Shown here: in pieces, positions 23,156 through 28,688 of the stretch
How the letters are laid out: every line of letters begins with the position of its first letter
Numbering within the stretch: the first letter of the stretch is position 1
Notes under the pieces: model-generated
Seen by the model: only the letters and a program-made list of their open reading frames with translations
Databases searched by the model: none
What the model was told of the DNA's origin: nothing
Program-made: the position numbers and the translations under genes
Source: Ginkgo biloba
Lineage: Eukaryota > Plantae > Ginkgophyta
NCBI GenBank assembly: GCA_024626585.2
Contig: JANKJI020000001.1
Coordinates: 10,521,601-10,550,288, forward strand
DNA: 28,688 nt
Direction: 5' to 3'

Positions 23156-24704
23156 AAAATGATTNNNNNNNNNNNNNNNNNNNNNNNNNNNNNNNNNNNN
23201 NNNNNNNNNNNNNNNNNNNNNNNNNNNNNNNNNNNNNNNNNNNNNNNNNNNNNNNNNNNNNNNNCTAATTTTTTCTTACAATTTTATTGGCATGTGTCCA
23301 CCAATTTTAAATTATGTAAAAATGACATATATTTCTTGACCAACCTATCAATTATGAATTGTAGTGGTGTGTTGTACAATTTCGATGCATTACCATTTTA
23401 TTGAAATAATGAAATTTGTAGGCTGACAAGCGAAAACATTTGTTGAGTGTTTGTTTAGACAAGCTTTGGGCAATGGAATCAGGCACCATGACTCCTTTTC
23501 CTTGGTACTATAGCATTCAATAGACCAGGTCTGAATTCAAGGTATCGTATGCCGATTGATCAATGCAATATCTATGAAGCTATGAATGGGAAGGCCATCA
23601 AAAGCTTCAGATAAACTACTTTGAATATCATCTATCTTCTATATCTAGATTTTCTATAATCGCTTCCTTTATGGAGCCATAATTACATTTATTTATCCAT
23701 TCCAATGCTTTCATGACGTATTGAGACTACAAAGTTCCCCTTATTTGTCTTACATTTATACTGTTTAGACCAGCTCCCTGCCTAAAATTATAAGAAATAG
23801 GGCAGCTTCTCTGATATCTACCCGTAAATTAGATTAAATGTGTCTGTTGAATGGTAATTAATATAAGGCACACGAATTTTCCTGAAGTACCATGTACTTT
23901 AAGTGCACCAAAATTTGAGCGATTTGGTGAAACTTAGCATGACTTATATTTAGCAGAATTTTTAATGGAATTCAGTGCGAAGGCTGAATAATTCTACTTT
24001 ATCTTACTTTAATTTAATGTCAAGTTAGAAGTGTGTCTTAATCAAATAATTATCTGTGATTAAGTTTAATTATTGTTTACTTTATATTTTATATAAATAT
24101 GTATTATGATTATGGTTCTTAAAGATTATTATTTATCATATATATTATGGTTTATTATTTATACATGATTCAAAATTTTAAATATATAATAAGTATTGTA
24201 AACATAAGTTATATAATGACCTATTATTATTTATTGTGCACAATATTACAAACCATATGTTATGGTATATATCGATAGGAACTAAGATTTATTATCATTT
24301 ATTTTATATATTATGGTTGAACCAAATATCATAAACATATTAAAATAGAATCAAATGACATATAGTATTATTATTTTTATTTAGAATCATTAATTATATT
24401 TTAAAATCTAAAAACCATACTAACCATTAAAATACTACATTCGATATCTAACTAGAAGGCAAGTAAGTGGAATTGCACTTGACTTTCTAGATCAAATTTT
24501 TAATCCATTCGAACTTTATTAATGTAAATGTATGTAAATATTTTAATTTTATATTTATCAATGATGCATATTAATTGATACAGTGTGTTTATGCACATGT
24601 ATGCATTAATTGAATTAAGATTTTTATATGTTTTTAACTTTTAACATAGAAATAAGGATTCCTTCAATAAGAAAACATCCTTAGTAGTTAGAATCTAAAA
24701 TTTA

Positions 24705-25089
24705 TGTGTCAAGCATGTGAGTGCCTAAAAGGTGTACAGTGAGTCCTATCCTATGCCTGAGAATATAACATCTAGTATGATAGCACATTCACATTCATAT
24801 CACTGTACACACATATGGGGGGAAATCCATCCAAGTCCTTTTATTCATGTGAGGAAACACAAGTACAACATGGATCATCCTTAGCATACACTTGGGATCA
24901 TTACATAGCATCCTTACTACTTACATTCACTAGATAAGTCTAACTCTATGTACAATCTATTACAAATATATACAATAGGAAGACGGTTATGTAACCACTG
25001 CAGAAGTTACAACAGACTCCTGTCATCCGTCGGTGCAGTATCCTTCGTCGGTGGATCCAAGCTCGTCGGTGAACCTCCGTCGGTGTCGG
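24705..25089. mobile_element. Probable LTR fragment with a CGTCGGTG repeat array
   Basis: Abrupt change from very AT-rich DNA to a GC/CpG-richer segment beginning TGTGTCAAG; four CGTCGGTG copies at 25028, 25046, 25064 and 25078; truncated by a gap. Confidence 0.45.
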
Positions 25090-25441
25090 NNNNNNNNNNN
25101 NNNNNNNNNNNNNNNNNNNNNNNNNNNNNNNNNNNNNNNNNNNNNNNNNNNNNNNNNNNNNNNNNNNNNNNNNNNNNNNNNNNNNNNNNCCTTTTGTTGA
25201 ATTCTTCTCATATTTTTCTTAAATTTGACTTAAAGTTTTTATTAAAATTGATAAAAAATAGTTTTGGACCCGAAAATAGATCAATCAATGCTCTTGGATC
25301 TGAAGTATATGAAAGTCCTTATTAGTAATATGTCCATTTGGAGAAAAAAAAAATATGAATACTGAAAGAAGTTTCATGTTGGTTTGATTAAAATTTATTT
25401 TCAAGAATANNNNNNNNNNNNNNNNNNNNNNNNNNNNNNNN

Positions 25442-26925
25442 AATTAAACAAAGATGGTAGATTTTACATTTGGTAAAGCGGATTCAAAATATTATTGGTT
25501 GACAAGGGAATAAGAGTCAAAATAATTGATTCTATAAAATTTTTAAAAGAATAAATAAGCAACATAGTAGTTTATGAGATGGTAGTAAGTTCAAACAAAA
25601 ATAAGGTTGATCAACACCCATATAAAAAAAAGTTCTTCAAGTTGGTGAAGAAAATGATGGAAAAGATATTGAAGTGGGTGATTATTCGAATTAGAATTTT
25701 TGTTACAATAGTACATGAAAGTTTTAGAGAATATGTTGATGTTTTTATATGGGCATATAAATATTTGAAAGATATATTACTATAAATTAGATAGTTGAGA
25801 ATTGAATAGAGGAAGGTGCAAAACTTGTAAGACAACGACATTATCGAATGGATCGAAAGTATAAAAAGTTACTACAAGAAGAAATTGATAAACTTCTAGA
25901 TCCTAGTGATATATACCCAATGGAAAAGAGTGAATGTATTTCACCTATTTTGGTTTTGTAAGAACAAGAATGGTAAATTATGTATATGTATGGAATTTAA
26001 AAACTAAGAAGGATCTATTTCTAGTAGAATTTACTAAGGAAGTGATAAAAAATATAACAAGGAGAGAAATTTATTCTTTTACTTATGGTATAGTCAAAGA
26101 CAAATACACCCATATGACTAGATTAAAACTATATTTTCTATATAATGGGGATATTATGCATATAAGGTGATGCTTTTTGGGTTGACAAATGTACCAACTA
26201 CATTCTATATAATTATTACAATGGTTTTTAGAGGTTTCATTCATAAATTTTAAAAAATTCTCTAGATGATTGGCCTATATTCAGATTCATTAAGGATCAT
26301 ATTACTCATCTACATTCTATGTTGTAGAGATATAGAGAAATTAGAATCTAACTTAATTGAAGAAAGGTCAAATGTTTACACCTTTTGGAAAATTACTTAG
26401 ACATATTGTAAAGATGGATTGTTGTTAGATCCAGTAAAAATCTTAGAGTTGGAACCTCCAATAAAACCATCCCAAGTTAAAAAGTTTTTGGGGCATAGTG
26501 GCTATTACAAAAAAATAACAAAGGCTTATGTAAAGACTTCTAGTCCCTTAAAAAAATATATTGAGAAATAATGTTGCATTCTTATGGACTCAAGGATGTT
26601 AAGATGCATTTGAACAACTTAAGTCAACATAGTAGAAGCTCCAATTTTAGAATTTTCTAATTAGAAAGAATTTTTTTTCATGTGCATGTTGATTCTTTGG
26701 TTCCTAAAATTGGATCAATGTTGGCATAGCTAGGGTATGGGAAGATTGATAATACCATTTATCTTACAAGAATAAATTTGAATAATGAAGAAATGAATTA
26801 TTACATGATAGAAATAAAAGCATTGGGAAAGATTTATTTAATACATAAATTCTGACATTACTTGTTGAGAATTTGAGTTTTATATTAATCGTAAAGCACT
26901 TAAATATATAGTTAATACACTTATT
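25442..26925 (+). mobile_element. Degenerate Ty3/Gypsy (Tat/Athila-like) RT and RNase H
   Basis: FREYVDVFIWAYKYLKDI, LVRQRHYRMDRKYKKLLQEEIDKLL, REIYSFTYG, AYKVMLFGLTNVPTTF, LDDW, VKKFLGHSGYYKK, RNase H FHVHVDS; numerous stops and frameshifts. Confidence 0.92.
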
Positions 26926-27479
26926 NNNNNNNNNNNNNNNNNNNNNNNNNNNNNNNNNNNNNNNNNNNNNNNNNNNNNNNNNNNNNNNNNNNNNNNNNNN
27001 NNNNNNNNNNNNNNNNNNNNNNNNNATAATAGAACTAGGGATGATGAAGCCTTTCTTTAGAATGTGCAAGTATGCAGGTATTAGCTTTGGCATTAGAAGT
27101 GGTGGTAAGGTAATGAATATGGAATGGGAGAAATTGGAAAGAATAATGAATGACAAGAGGTTTGGTGATGGAATTTACTTTATTTCTCATAACTAATTTC
27201 ATTAATTTAAGGCCTCACATAAGTTTCTAGGAAACATGTGGCCGATATCGATTAACAATGAGAATTCTATGCAAAGCCTCTTCTTATAAAAAAAAATGTC
27301 CTAAATGTAGCAGTCTCAATGAAGGTATAAATGTATGGAAAGAAAACCAACTAAGGAGAAATAAATTTAACTTAAATTATATTGATTCCTTAGTGTGATT
27401 AGAAAAGGGTAGTAACAAAAAATAATAACATATCCAATCTTCACTCAACCGAGATTTATCTTACAAGTAGTGAAGTCTT

Positions 27480-28460
27480 CACTTCTTGTTGGATTAACTT
27501 TCCATCTGAGGTGAATCTTCTATAATAAAATATTATTTTTTGTTTGTGTCCAATTATCCTTCCAATATTAGGCTAAATTAAGTCAGAACATTATGGAACA
27601 AAACTCCAATTGTGCTATGGAATCTCATTAACTAGGAAGATAATGGGTTGGAGAATAAGAAACTCAATAATTTGATATAAGAACCTTGAGCTATGGATGG
27701 CTTAGTCATCAATAAAAACCATTCATAATTGCTATCAGTCTTTGATATTGTATTCAAACATTGGGCTAGGGGAAATGTATTGAGTCTTGGCTAATTAAGT
27801 GTATTAGATTCCTCAATTATACTTCACTTTTATTAATAAAAAAATATTTTTTTACAATATTTAAATCTCTTTTTTTTTGGAAGATATGAGAAAATAACTT
27901 TCATTGTACATGTATCTACATAGTTTACAAGAAATGTAGCTTTTTATGGACCAGTCTTATCTCTTAGGATTGATGTGTGCTTCTTCCTTTGACATCATAT
28001 ATCTTAGTAGTTTTTCTCTAGTATAACCTTTATGAATATGAATGATCTTCGATCTATCTCTATGATCAATATTGAATCAGAGAGCCTTTTGTGTGGTTCA
28101 TTGGGATGATCTTAAATCCAATCAAGGAACATCACCCAAACTGAATAATAATTCTAAAATTACCAATCTCCTCAATATTTTGTTAGTTCCTAGTTGGATA
28201 ATCCCTTCATCATTTGCAAATTATTTCACTAAGGATTCATCCTAAAGCCCTTGATATTTTTCATAATCACTTCCATACTTCTCTTATTCCCATAAGGACC
28301 TAAGAATTTGATCATATTATTAAAAATGTTTCCATTTTTCTATGTTGTTAGGAACCAAGGGCATAATTCCAATTTAAAAAATAAATCTCCCATGAGATAA
28401 TGAAGGAATAAGAGAAGACAAATAAGTAAACCCAAGAAGGGAATTTGTACGTTGATTTTA
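27480..28460 (-). mobile_element. Possible very old LINE ORF2 remnant
   Basis: Minus-strand IKGL*DESLVK*FAND (compare IKG...HQQFADD) near 28210-28260 and YWKDNW (compare FWxDxW) near 27550-27570, in the expected order; very weak. Confidence 0.25.
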
Positions 28461-28688
28461 TTTTCTCAGAATAATAGTGATAAAAAAGGATAAAATTATT
28501 TAATTAGATTCCACACTTGAGTTTTATACTACTCAAGTTGATCGTTCTTGGAAGAACACATATCCTAGACTTGATTTGTACTAGGTTTAGAGTCTCCATA
28601 TGCTCTAAGTACTCTAATTCTAAGAGGTTCTTCAAGAATTATACCTTATCTCACCCCTAACCTCAACTTAACTCCCTCACGAAATATG

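Noticed and set aside
23575-23609. miR167-like start (TGAAGCT)
   Set aside because: The match ends after 7 nt and the hairpin is far too short for a plant pre-miRNA.
24000-24660. Extremely AT-rich tract as an origin or matrix-attachment region
   Set aside because: No specific motif or periodicity; composition alone is not evidence.

Overview
This is not prokaryotic sequence. It is an AT-rich, CpG-poor, gap-ridden stretch of a large land-plant genome; the long TE-filled introns and the retroelement types suggest a gymnosperm, which is an inference. The one host gene I can support is a minus-strand, multi-exon gene for an afadin/alpha-actinin-binding (ADIP-domain) coiled-coil protein, homologous to plant Msd1, animal SSX2IP and fission-yeast Msd1 (microtubule minus-end / gamma-tubulin anchoring). 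It starts at ATG 21175 and is traceable through 8 GT-AG exons to position 5335. The exons for the N-terminal part of the conserved domain and the C-terminal exons are not visible; they probably lie in N gaps or beyond the left edge. The rest is nested, decayed mobile DNA: Ty3/Gypsy gag-protease, RT, RNase H and integrase/chromodomain fragments, LTRs with PBS or PPT, a solo LTR with TSD inside an RT, and LINE remnants. Most entries in the supplied ORF track are artefacts of N runs or TE antisense frames. I found no convincing new biological system. The points most worth following up concern the gene's architecture: missing exons, an 11-nt micro-exon, a stop-free in-frame first intron, a uORF and cryptic poison acceptors. 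A few TE-derived structures are also noted.
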